A stretch of DNA of 63,511 bases, counting the filler, from Octopus bimaculoides (taxonomy: Eukaryota), in NCBI RefSeq assembly GCF_001194135.2. It is 8 parts of 8 records of this genome, joined end to end, with 100 filler letters (N's around TTAATTAATTAA, not from the genome) between each part and the next. Parts side by side here need not be neighbours in the genome. Positions count along the whole stretch, not along the records: positions 33,388 to 44,357 come from NC_069001.1; positions 44,458 to 56,559 come from NC_068982.1; 6 more parts are not named here. One strand, given 5' to 3'. The notes below the pieces were generated by a model. It was not told the DNA's origin and ran no database searches. It saw only the letters and a program-made list of their open reading frames with translations. The position numbers were made by a program, and so were the translations under genes. Positions 38,999-50,530 of this stretch are shown here, piece after piece; position 1 is the first letter of the stretch; every line of letters starts with the position of its first letter.

Positions 38999-41366
38999 TA
39001 GTTATAGATACAGTCACAATTTATACAAGAAAACTGCAAACAACAACACGAATTCAATTCATCCTTTGTCAATACTGTAAAACCAAAGGAAATATTGAAC
39101 TTTGGTCAAATCCAGACAAATGAAGAAGCGTGGAAGAGGTGCGTTACAAAAATGAGTGTCTCCTTGCTCGAGAATTTCAGAAAGGAGGGAATTTCCATAT
39201 GCTCTGGAAAGAGGGGTTGGAGAAAAGCCTGGCTAATGTGTATCATAACCAACCGTGGGCAAAGCATATAAAAAGGCGTGCTTGATATTAAAACTGAGGA
39301 AGAGGTGAGAAAACAGATTTGGACTGTTATGAATAGGGGAAAAGAATACAAGGTAACGTTCGGAGGAAGTGACACTGACGGTGACTGTTGGGTTAACACC
39401 AAGTTTGTGACACATTACGTATATGTGTATGGTGAAAGTAGAGATAGATTACAACAACATATAATTAGGAGGCGGGGTTGTAAAAAACTCAAGATTCTAA
39501 TGACTGAAAACTGGAAGATTATGAGCCAGCAGAAAGAAAAATATTGTGAGGTGGGATGCAAGTTTTGTAATTTCTTGGTTAAGTTCTTTTTTTTTTTTTT
39601 TTTTTCAGATCTGTTTTAATGCATCTGAGGTTATGATTCTTCAAAAAAATTATACGTAACATAAATCTGAATATAGTTTTCGACAAAACAAAACAAAAAA
39701 CAAAAAAAAAATTACGGAAATGATATTGTGGTAGGGGAAGGGGGAACGATTTCTCTACCACCACATCTTTCATCTCTCTCTTTTTTTTTTCTTTTTTTTT
39801 TTTACTTTCTTTCTTTCTTCAAAATCGTAATCTACGATGCTTAAACATCCAAAAAAGTTTACAAAGAATTTTGGCGCATTAGATCATTTCCAATGCTATT
39901 CTTTAAGAAAGCCAAGTGTGTATGTGCTCGCGCATGCGTATATCTGCGCATATGAGCGCACGCATGTGTGCGTGAGTGAGTGAGGCGTTCCTAAACCTTT
40001 TTTTTTTCCCCTCTATACATAAACTTACTTCATTATCTCTCGTAGCTTATATGTCTATTTGTTGTCAATACACAAACTAATCCATTTGTCTATTTATGTA
40101 TCTCTATGTGTCTTTGTTTAGTTATTAGCTCTCCGTATCCTTATATATTTATTTAAAACACATCTAGTATTTATCCATCTTACTCCTTTGTCTATGCTTT
40201 CTATCTAGCTATCGATCCACACACATATACACACGTATATATTTACCAAGCTTATTCTCTTTCATATCTAACAAACCTACAATTTCCATCTACCTTAGCT
40301 CTCTCGTAATATATGCACACCTCAAACCATCTCCCTCTAAAATGCCACTGTGTTTATTTCACATCTATTTTGTATCTAACAACATTTCTGCTAAACTTCC
40401 TACCAAGCCCATCCTTCTTTCTCTCTCCCACCCGTTTTCACCCCCTAATATCTTTCCCCCGATCTTCTTCTCCTTCCTATCAACACCCCTTTTCCATCTC
40501 TCAAACTGTTCCTACCTTCCTATTTTCACCATCGAACCCTTTCACCTATACACACAGATCCACTCGCCCACAGAAGCTTAAATCCACGTCTGCCCTACCC
40601 ACCCAAACCAATCTTAACACAAGCTAACCTACATAATCTAACCACCCAGCAATCTGCACCCCCACTCTCACCCCACCCCCACAAAACCAGGCCTTCTTAA
40701 TCACCCAGTCCACCCACAAACAGCCAACACTATCAACACTACCCAATCAGCTCCTTCTAAATAACCACCCATTCTCTCCAGCTCTAACCACCTCAGCTTG
40801 CCCGCCCGCCAGCCAGGCTGCCTACCTGCAACCAATCTTCTCAACTTACCTGCCAACTAGTAAGTCCAATACCTGCACACCTATTTACCTAGCTAGCCGT
40901 TTAGCTAGGTGTGTTTAACAAATATATATATAAAAAAAAACACAAATGCAATGTTTGGCTGGGGAGTATTTCCGTTCCACTTTTTATCTTCGTCATCATG
41001 ATGCTGTAAAATTGCACCGCTTTCGAAAATATGACGTGGTCAAGAGAGAGATCTTCGACCTGGGGTTAAATAACAACTCGATTGAATCGCGGACGAACGG
41101 AATCAGCAGGTTTCACACGATAAAGTAAACCGGCGCGGTTTGGCAACAGCCCGTTCTCTCCTCCATCGGATACAAACAAATGACAGCTGTTCTACGAAGT
41201 CATTCGAAACAGCTACCAAATCTCCGTCAAACCACATACAGCACCTGACCATCAAACGTACCAATGCTTTATCCTGTTCTAGTTGTTGATTAACCCCGGG
41301 TCACCTTATGATATAGCAGACATATTATCAGAAGCGTTCCAGCAGTGACCATCTCATTTTTTAAAA

Positions 41367-41566
41367 TAAATTTTCAGATTAACAACCGCACGATTTTCAC
41401 TAGGGTGTTAGGGTTTTAGTGTCAGGGTTAGGGTTTTAGAGTTAGCTTTAGGGTTAGGGACGGAATTCCCTAACCCTAACCCTAAAACTAACTCTGAAAC
41501 ATTAACCCTGACTCTAAAACCTTAACACCCTAGTAAAAATCGTGCGGGTGTTAATCTGAAAATTTA
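41367..41566. repeat. 200-bp foldback palindrome containing TTAGGG/CCCTAA repeats
   Basis: Arms 41367-41460 and 41467-41566 are reverse complements with a few mismatches and one extra hexamer; loop CGGAAT. Confidence 0.92.
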
Positions 41567-41921
41567 CCTTTTTTTTAATTTTGACATTGTCATATTGGAA
41601 AAATGTGTAACTAGTCGCCTCTCGCGGACGAATATGGCCTGGTAGCACGTACCATGCTTACGTAACCGGCTTACGACACAAAAGTAATCACTTCAAACTT
41701 GCATGTATAATATTCGAAGTGGGTTTTATATGATGGAAAATATAATTTCGAGGTGTTCATGGTGTCATAGTGAGGATCTGATCAAAGACTTTGCAATTTA
41801 AAGAAGCATGAGAAAACTTTTCAAATGTAAATAAAGTGGAATTATACAAAAATAACCAATATTTTGCATCTTATGGTTTTATTTCATTTTGAAAAATAAA
41901 ATTTGTTTTACGGTTTATTAT

Positions 41922-42161
41922 TACTCTTTACTCTTTTTACTCTTTTACTTGTTTCAGTCATTTGACTGTGGCCATGCTGGAGCACCGCCTTTAGTCGAGC
42001 AAATCGACCCCAGGACTTATTCTTTGGAAGCCTAATACTTATTCTATCGGTCTCTTTTGTCGAACTGCTAAATAACGGGGATGTAAACACACCAGCATCG
42101 GTTATCAAGCGATGTTGGGGAGACAAACACAGACACACAAACATATACACACATACATACA

Positions 42162-42198
<37 letters not shown>

Positions 42199-42360
42199 GA
42201 CGGGTTTCTTTCAGTTTCCGTCTACCAAATCCACTCACAAGGCTTTGGTCGGCCCGAGGCTATACTAGAAGACACTTGCCCAAGGTGCCACGCAATGGGA
42301 CTGAACCCAAAACCATGTGGTTGGTAAGCAAGCTACTTACCACACAGCCACTCCAACGCC
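41922..42360 (-). mobile_element. Complete OR-type SINE with internal (TA)n
   Basis: Head at 42360, internal microsatellite at about 42140-42196, tail (AAAGAGT-like) at about 41922. Confidence 0.92.
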
Positions 42361-42931
42361 TATATATTGTTTACATTTTGAATTACATATATATGGGGCG
42401 TGGGGGGCACCACAATCTTTTAAGTGCTTAGAGCCTCTATGGGTCTTCATCCGACCCTGTGAACAGATCTTAACATATTAACACTTGATCCAGCGGCACA
42501 TCCAGGATGTGACAACTAGAAGCTAGAAAAGCCTGCCCCAGAACTTAGCTGGTGCTCATTACAACTGGAACAATGTGAAATGAAATGTCTACGGTTCATG
42601 GTCACAAGACGAACATCTTAACCAATCGGTCACTCATCTTTACTTTGAAAAACAAACAAAGAAAAAAAACCTTTTTTGAGACTATAGGATGTGATTTGAA
42701 GGAAATTAATTTAACTGCTATACCTAGCAGATCTAGTGACCACATAGAGCTTCCTTAGTTACCGCCATTTTGTCGTGTTTGCTTGATTAGAATTGATTGG
42801 TTGATTATCGAAACATCCTTTCGAATACCAAAATACCTCAGAAACTACCGAAACCAGGAAATTTATGATCTGTTTTTATAACAACAGAAACAAGAAATGA
42901 ATAATTAAATAAATAAATAAATAAATAAATA

Positions 42932-43285
42932 GGCGCTGGTGTGGCTGTGTGATAAGAAGTTTACTTCTCAATCACATGGTTCCGGGTTCAGTTCCACTAT
43001 GTGATACCTTGGGTCGGCCAAAGCCTTGGAGTGAATAAAGAAGACAGAATGTGTGTAGAAGGTCGTCATGTGTGTGTATGTGTGTGTCTCCCACCGCTGC
43101 TGGACAATCGGTGTTGGTGTGTTTACGTCCCCGTAACTTAGCGGCTCGGCAAAATAACCCGATAGAATAAGCACCAGGCTTAAAAATAAATAAGTACTGG
43201 GGTCGATTCATTCGACTAAAAATTCTTCAAGGCGGTGCCCCAGCTCGGCTGCAGTCAAATGGCTTAAACGAGTAAAAGATAAAAG
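42932..43285 (+). mobile_element. OR-type SINE with internal deletion
   Basis: Head ggcgctggtgtggctgtgtg; tail ggcggtgccccagctcggctgcagtcaaat. Confidence 0.8.
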
Positions 43286-44040
43286 ATGAACTAAGTGAAT
43301 TCGTATATGTATCCGACGCTCTAACGACTTTGCTTTGTGGTATTTACTTCGGCCTTCTGCACCCACAGTTCAGATCAGGCCGAAGTCAACAATACCTTGT
43401 ATTCTTTCGGGGTCGTTAAAATAAAGAACTATTCAAGTATATGGTCGTTCAACCAATTAGAAATAACAGTGAAATTTCCCTCACGTCATATCCTGCAATC
43501 TTGTCTTTAAAAAAAGGAGAAAGAAAAGATACATCGGATGACGTAGTCCTAGATAGACGGTGTTTGAAAATAAGATGGGTTGATATTTATAGCTGGAAAT
43601 GCCTTTTGGTCTTGGCCTAGGGTTAAATAACAACAGAAGAAGGTGTGGGAAAAGCATCAGCATCAGCAAGAACAACAAGAACAGCAACCACAACTACAAG
43701 AACATCAACAACAACAACCCGGTTTTGCTGTTTGCTTTTCTAGTGTTTAACCTTTTACGATTGCTTAATTGTTACGACATTTTGGGTCGTGTGAAAGAAA
43801 CGACAGTAAAAGAAAGAAAAAAAGAAGCCAAGCAAAGTTACATTGCTTCAAATATATTCTTCGGTGGACCAATCAACCAGCCAGCTCTGATTTAAAACAA
43901 AAGGCCTATGATAAAGGCAATCCAAACGTGACCATCTGGTCTTGTTTTTTAAATTTCTATTTGATCACTCACACCATAGTCTCTCTTGTGCTACATAATC
44001 CAACATGCTCATCATTTTTATTAAAGATACTAAAGTGTGA

Positions 44041-44357
44041 GTGGAGGTGCAATGGCCCAGTGGTTAGGGCAGCGGACCCGCGGTCATAGGATCGCGGTTT
44101 CGATTCCCAGACCGGGCGTTGTGAGTGTTTATTGAGTGACACCTAAAGCTCCACGAGGCTCCGGCAGGGGATGGTGGCGAACCCTGCTGTACTCTTCCAC
44201 CACAACTTTCTCTCACTCTTACTTCCTGTTTCTGTTGTGCCTGTAATTCAAAGGGTCAGCCTTGTCACACTTTGTCACGCTGAATATCCCTGAGAACTAC
44301 GTTAAGGGTACACGTGTCTGTGGAGTGCTCAGCCACTTGCACGTTAATTTCACGAGC
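44041..44357 (+). mobile_element. tRNA-derived SINE (third family), CpG-intact
   Basis: ggtgcaatggcccagtggttagggcagcggac...ggtttcgattcccagacc (A/B boxes); 3' end lost in the linker gap. Confidence 0.9.
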
Positions 44358-44542
44358 NNNNNNNNNNNNNNNNNNNNNNNNNNNNNNNNNNNNNNNNNNN
44401 NTTAATTAATTAANNNNNNNNNNNNNNNNNNNNNNNNNNNNNNNNNNNNNNNNNNNNATAGGAAGCTAACCCAATTAAGATTCTTTTAAAATGGGACAAA
44501 AAATCTGAAGCTCTGAAAGTTTCAGCATCTAAATATACTTAC

Positions 44543-44850
44543 TTTCAAATCTAATACTTTTTCTTCTTTAGAAATATCAAATATAATAGCTTTACTAAAT
44601 GTCTTTTCAATAAATATTGGTGGATTATCATCAACATCTTTAATGACAACGTCTACGTTTATTTTGTTGAGTATATCAGTAGAGGAAGATTTAGAACATG
44701 TTGCATTATATTTGATCTGAACACAATTGTGGACAACTACCACCAGTTTTAAGAATTTTGTTGTTTCATAATCAACTCCTTTCTTGGTCTCAATTAAAGC
44801 AGCATTAGAATCATTCTTTATAACAAAATAGCTTGCAGATTTAGTATCAT
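44543..44850 (-). CDS. Cadherin exon C (membrane-proximal EC region, CDH23/Cad87A-Cad88C-like)
   Basis: Acceptor tttttcag|AT GAT ACT (phase 1), donor AAA|gtaagt (phase 0); 308 nt. ...GVDYETTKFLKLVVVVHNCVQIKYNATCSKSSSTDILNKINVDVVIKDVDDNPPIFIEKTFSKAIIFDISKEEKVLDLK. The Cys-containing insert before DxDDNPP recalls the late EC repeat of invertebrate CDH23-like cadherins; the family call is from memory, not a search. Confidence 0.9.
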
Positions 44851-45559
44851 CTGAAAAAGTTCAAAAGATGCAAATGAAAGAGGATCAAAGCAATTAAAAT
44901 GGGTTTAGGAAAAAGAAGAAAATCAGTATGTAATTTATTTAATGGGTAATTGAAGTAAACAGTTTCAGGATGACATAGATTGAAGTAGCCTGAAATTCAA
45001 ATCAAGTTTACTATTTTCCTTCATTGTGTGCATGAATAGTCAGAGCCCCACATGAAAACTCAGTCACAACACTGCAAACTAATTTATATAATTTCATAAT
45101 TCTCTTACTGCTTTTTCTTATATGCTGCGCTGTTCTATAATACATATAGCTAGATAGACTGGACCATCAAGATTCAAGTCTTTTTGCTAATAAAAAAATA
45201 GTTTATCTGTTCTGATGTCACAGACAGTAAAAGGCTCATAAACTTTGAAGAGGTTACACAAGCCTCTCCCAAAAGACATTCTGATTCATCTTGACTTATA
45301 GATTTGTAATAAAAAACACNNNNNNNNNNNNNNNNNNNNNNNNNNNNNNNNNNNNNNNNNNNNNNNNNNNNNNNNNNNNNNNNNNNNNNNNNNNNNNNNN
45401 NNNNNNNNNNNNNNNNNNNCATTTATGTGTGTAATAGTAGTACTGTCCTAGGTAATAGAGCAGTACTCCAACTGGGTGTATTTATGCAGCATGCATATGA
45501 GTGCATTTTGTGTGGCATTGTTAAAGGATAAGCCTGTATGTATGGAGGACAGCAGTTTT

Positions 45560-45780
45560 ACTAAGTTTGATATGTTTCCTCAGGTACAGCAGATCGCCAC
45601 AACTTCCAGTCCCTTGTCATTTCTCCAGTGAGGCCTAGCATGTAAAGATCCTTTCTCACCACTTCAACCAACATCTTCCTGGGTCTATCCCTTCCACAGG
45701 TTCTCTCTACAATTAGAGCTCGGCACTTCTTATGCAGCTGTCCTCATTCATATGCATCACATGATCAAACCAGCATAATA
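45560..45780 (-). mobile_element. RTE LINE 3' fragment in cadherin intron
   Basis: Minus strand resembles the RT C-terminus: WFDHVMHMNEDSCIRSAEL*L*REPVEGIDPGRCW (degenerate WxGHVxRM...GRP..W). Confidence 0.55.
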
Positions 45781-45929
45781 AATAAATAGATTTTAACATA
45801 TTTTGGAATTCATTAATTCAAAAATTTCTGTACTTGTATCCAAAATGAATATGTATGATTGCTTTTATGAAATGTTTTGAAAAGGGAAAAGAATTAACAA
45901 TTTAATACAAGAAGATATTTAACACTCAC

Positions 45930-46243
45930 AGTTATTTTATCAATTTTAAAAGGAGAACTTCCACCAGAAACTGTCAGAGTATAACTAACATTCGCATGTA
46001 TTCCTATATCTTTATCGGTAGTTGTTATTGTAGTAATTGTGGTATTTACAGGAGTGTCTTCTGATACAGGTAATATAGATACAAGGTTCTGAAATTCTGG
46101 GGCATTATCATTAAAATCTTCAACAACAACAAAAACTGTTGCTGTGGAAGATAATGTTGGTAACAAAGAATCACTGGCCACAACATTAAATGTGATGTTT
46201 GGATTTTCTTCACGATCCAGCTCTGATATTAAATAAATTTCAC
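45930..46243 (-). CDS. Cadherin exon B
   Basis: Acceptor ttttcag|GT GAA ATT (phase 1, matches exon A), donor ACT|gtgagt (phase 0); 314 nt. GEIYLISELDREENPNITFNVVASDSLLPTLSSTATVFVVVEDFNDNAPEF...SEDTPVNT...TDKDIG...PFKIDKIT contains LDRE, DxNDNxPxF and DxD motifs. Confidence 0.96.
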
Positions 46244-46819
46244 CTGAAAATTGAAAAAAATTTACAATAGACAAAAATAAAATACTTTAATTTTCTGAGT
46301 ACTTAATTACAAATGTTAACCAAGCCAACACTCATATTGAATACAAGTATTTATTTCTTCATATGGTACCTTGAAGCAATGAGGTAACATCTAAATAATA
46401 GTTCAATTTGCTACAAATAAAAGTCAAATCTCCTTCAAATCATAACCTGTAGTCTTGAAACACTGGACATGTTATATAATGCATACCAAGATATACAATG
46501 CTCAGGAGAAAGACAAGATAGTCCTTGTTGGAATACCTTTAATCATTGGTCTGCTCAATTTAAAGATGATCTGAAGCTAAACAGCACCAATGGATCCTCT
46601 TAGTAAATTCTTCAACTATCTCCAGCCTTGAGATATACATTCTTGAGCAGGACAAACCAAAGCAGACAGTTGCTACCATCGATCAGTAGGATAAACCACA
46701 ATAGACATTTCATTATGTAACCAAGCAGAATGTTTACTTCTTTTTTTCATTTAGCTATTGGAAATAAAGACTAGATCATCCAATAATTGAACTTTCCATT
46801 TTATTTGCTGAGACAGAGA

Positions 46820-47075
46820 ATTTGTTGTGGCAGAGAATTTTGTGTTCGATCGTGTGACACGTTTAAATAAAAGGAGTCCTCTGTTTTTCCATGGTTGTTG
46901 AGACGTTGGTATATTGATGTGAGCTGTCTAGCGTGAGTTCGAAAGATGGAGAGACAGCTAGACACGTCCTTGCTCAATCGCTGGCCAGCAAGAAAGAGAT
47001 CGATCAAAGCGGGAAACGCTTGGATGTTGAATTCCACGCATGCGTGAGATTACGCATGCGCACAGCGTTACTACA
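46820..47075. promoter_or_regulatory. CpG-rich island with two NRF1-like palindromes in a cadherin intron (putative promoter)
   Basis: Dense CpGs in a CpG-depleted neighbourhood; ACGCATGCGT at 47036-47045 and ACGCATGCGCA at 47052-47062. Function is inferred. Confidence 0.4.
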
Positions 47076-47576
47076 AGCTGATTGACACTCCATCACTAAT
47101 GGACACTTTCCAGCTTTTGGTTCTCAGCCATGCTGTCTCTGCTACCCTTTTCTCCACTCTTTGGAATCTTCACCTTGTTTCTTGTCTTTCCTGCAATGCT
47201 GGCCTTCAATGGCTCATTCATGGCATCAATCTCACGAGTCTTGTGGGGTTTTCCAGCTAAATGATCTTTCTCTGGATGCAATCCAGGATATCAGTATGCA
47301 TAGTAGTATCACTGTCCAATGTGAGAGCAATATCCTATGGTGGACCTCATTTGCACCTTGTAGATAGTTGACTAGTATCATATTATCAACTGTCTCAAGT
47401 ATCACTACTCAAAAGTCCATTTAAGGCATTGCAGACATTTACATTTACTCAGTAAAACAATATCAACAGTAACAGCAATTGAAATTTCATAAAGTAAAAC
47501 ACTAAAAATTGTTAATTGCTTTGAAACTAGAAAAACATGGCTAAAAGAAATTTTAAAAAAATATATATATATGTAC

Positions 47577-47777
47577 CAGTTTTATTGTCAATGCCAAACT
47601 TTTTAGAATTGTCAAGAACTTCATATGTTACAAAGTCATTTTTATCTTCATCAGTGGCTGTAAGTGTTGCAATAATACTTCCGACAGGATAGTTTTCAAC
47701 CAAATTTAGTAATGTAAAATTTTCTCTAAAAACTGGGTAACAATCATTTATATCCTTGACTGTAATTGTCAAAAATC
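47577..47777 (-). CDS. Cadherin exon A (EC repeat linker plus first half of next EC)
   Basis: Minus strand: acceptor tttctttcctcag|GA TTT..., donor ACT G|gtacat; 201 nt, phase 1 to 1. Encodes GFLTITVKDINDCYPVFRENFTLLNLVENYPVGSIIATLTATDEDKNDFVTYEVLDNSKKFGIDNKTG with DxND-x-P-x-F, EN and TATDxD cadherin motifs. Confidence 0.95.
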
Positions 47778-48132
47778 CTGAGGAAAGAAAAAGAGAGTAC
47801 TTTGCGATTAATTTAGAAATTATCATTTTCTCCAATAGTTCTTTGTATAATTAATTCATTAAAGGATTTAAAGTTTATCAAATATTCCTACTACATTTTA
47901 TGCTCTATTTTATAACTGTAAATATGAAAGAGAAAAGATTATTGAACAAATGTTGAATTTTTTTTATGTGTCAGTTACGAGAAAAGACATGAATTCAATT
48001 TTATGAATGTAAGATTATTGCTTTGGGAGTGTTACTTGATTTGATGATGCTATTTACTTCAATGATGCAACTATATCCCTAGCTTGAGTAATGTATGCTC
48101 ATTTTAACAAGTACTGCATAAAAGTGTCATTA

Positions 48133-49350
48133 CTACGAGGTTAAAAATGAAAAGACAAGTGTTGAAATTATAAGCTTATTTTTTTAATTTAAAATAGGTG
48201 TTGCAGAAACATTTTTATCTGATTAATGAGAAAGGGACAGTGGGACAGTAAAAGATAATTTGCAGTAGATGAGAATAAGCTAATTTTTGCTATAAATTAT
48301 AGAGTAACTATAAACTTCTGTAACATACCCTAAAAATTTGAGTTTGCCATTGAACTTAGATAATATTCATAGGCATCTCCATTCATTGGTTTACAAATTC
48401 TATATTACAAGTCAAAATTTAATGTTATTTTGTCATTATGATTTTGTATATATATTCTGGTATTTACTATTTATATATTTACACTTTTATATGCAATATT
48501 TACCAAAACCTTTTGGGGTTTTTTTTAATTTCTTTTCCATAAGAAAATGTTTTGTGATGTGATACTAAATATTCAATGACAAAGGCACCACCTATTCAGA
48601 TAGCCAAAAATAATTAAGCAAATGTATTCTCTTGCACTAGGTTAGAGGTAATGAGTCAAGCAAGCAACTGAACAAAATGTCTAAAGAAAGAAGATAAAAA
48701 TAATAATAATGATAATAATAATAATAATAATAATAATAATNNNNNNNNNNCTACGAGGTTAAAAATGAAAAGACAAGTGTTGAAATTATAAGCTTATTTT
48801 CTAAATTTAAAATAGGTGCTGCAGAAACATTTTTTTATTTGATTAAGGAGTGGGACTGGAAAAGATGACTTGCAGTAGATGAGAATCAGCTAATTTTTGC
48901 TATATATTATAGAGTAACTGTAAATTTCTGTAACATACCCTAAATATTTGTGTTTGCCATTGAACTTAGATAATATTCATAAGCATCTATATTCATTACT
49001 TTACAAATTTTATATGTATAAACACTTACAAGTCAATACTTAACACTATTTTGTCATTACAATTATGTATATTTATTCTGGTATTTACTATTTATTTATT
49101 TACACCTTTATATCCTGTATTTACCAAAACCTTTTAGGCTTTTTTTTTATTTCTCTTCCATAAAACAATGTTTTGTGATGTGATACTAAATATTTAATGG
49201 CAAAGCACCATCTATTCAGAGAGCTGAAAATGATTGAGCACATATGTTCTCTTGCTCTACGTTAGAGGTAATGACTCAGGCAAACAACTGAACAAAATGG
49301 CTAAAGAGAGAAAGTGATAATAATAATAACAACAATAACAATAATAATAT
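48133..49350. repeat. About 600-bp diverged tandem duplication, each unit ending in (AAT)n
   Basis: Unit 1 starts at 48133 and unit 2 at 48751 (both ctacgaggttaaaaatgaaaagac); many substitutions and indels between them; 10 N at the junction. Confidence 0.92.
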
Positions 49351-49379
49351 TTGAAATTTGAAATCTGAAATCGAAATCG

Positions 49380-50190
49380 AACCGAATCCGACGACTGGCA
49401 CCCATGACAACCTCTCCTTCATTGGACACTAAACTCTGCTTGCGAAGACCTGCTGGGGCAAGTGAAATCGTAATTGAACCAGTGAATGCTAGCTGAGAAG
49501 TGAACCAAATAAAACAGGCTTCATGAATTGAATGAAGAGGATATGGAATGAGAAAGGAGGTTTTGAAGCATATGCCCAATGACTGATAGACCAAGCAAGA
49601 ACAATCCATAGAAACAACTGGATTACAGTGGTAGAGACTGAAGAAATTCGGAGAAACATGATGGAAAATGAGCAGAAGGAGAGTGAAACAGCAGTAACAG
49701 AAAGTGGTAATGAAGGTGTAAGAAATGAAGAACATGAAACAGATGGGAACCTCACAGTACCAGAGAATACTGATTAAGTAACTAACGAAGATGATCTATA
49801 TCGACAAGTGACAGTAAGTACTGAACAAAACTTTAATGATGAAGAGAAGGAGATTTTAGAAATGTTGTGGGGTAAAATGACTGATGGGAACAATGAAGTA
49901 CCATCAAATGTAAGACATATGGACAGAAAATAAGTGAAGAAAGCCACAGGCAAAGTTAATGATGTTTTAAGCTTCATTAAAACAGGAAACATCAGCTAAA
50001 CAAACCAACTAATCGTAGCTGCTGCTATTGACATAGCTAAAATAGCAGGTTACAAGTGAAAACTGAAGATATAAAAGCAAATGAAAAGAAGGAGCCAAAC
50101 TGGAGGAAGAGAACACGAATGAAGCTGGAAAAGACATGGAAAGAACTGGGACAATTGAATAGGATAATGAGGAGAGCTCAAGAATAAGGT
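49380..50190 (+). mobile_element. RLE (R4/Dong-like) LINE, 5' portion
   Basis: Degenerate IWNEKGGFE...LIDQARTIHRNNWITVVETEEIRR and TNQLIVAAAIDIA...KKEPNWRKR; homologous to 53250-53900. Confidence 0.65.
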
Positions 50191-50194
50191 ATCA

Positions 50195-50530
50195 CCATCA
50201 TCATCATCATCATCAACATCACCATCATTTAACATCCGCCTTCCATGCTAGCATGGGTGGGACAGTTTCACAAGATCCAGCCTGCACCAGACTTCTTTAT
50301 CTGTTTTGGCAGAATTTTTACAGCTGGATGTCCTTCCTAACACCAACCACTCAGCAGAGTGGACTTAATGCTTTTTACATGGCACAAGCACAGGTGAGGT
50401 CAGTTTTGACGAGGTTTTTACTGCTAGATGCCCTTTCAAACACCAACCACTTTACAGGTGTGTACTAGATGCTTTTAAGTGGTACCTGCACTGACAGGGT
50501 CACCAAGCACTTGCAAGACAAAAAAAAATC
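50195..50530 (-). mobile_element. RTE-tail repeat ((GAT)n tail); related copies at about 51470-51640 and 62490-62680
   Basis: (CAT)n tttaacatccgccttccatgctagcatggg...tttacagctggatgtccttcctaacaccaaccac. Confidence 0.6.

Noticed and set aside
39100-39619. Plus-strand 113-aa ORF (MLDIKTEEEVRK...)
   Set aside because: Upstream in-frame stop, no recognisable domain or splice structure; at most an element remnant.
41401-41490. True telomere-fusion scar
   Set aside because: Only a few hexamers, enclosed by symmetric unique arms; fits a foldback element better.
44041-44115. tRNA gene (also heads at 13171, 35460, 42360, 60650, 61822)
   Set aside because: A/B-box-like heads continue into shared SINE bodies and do not form a complete cloverleaf.
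44543-47777. Member of the expanded cephalopod protocadherin clusters
   Set aside because: EC domains are split by introns, and no PCDH-type EC1 or cytoplasmic motif is seen.
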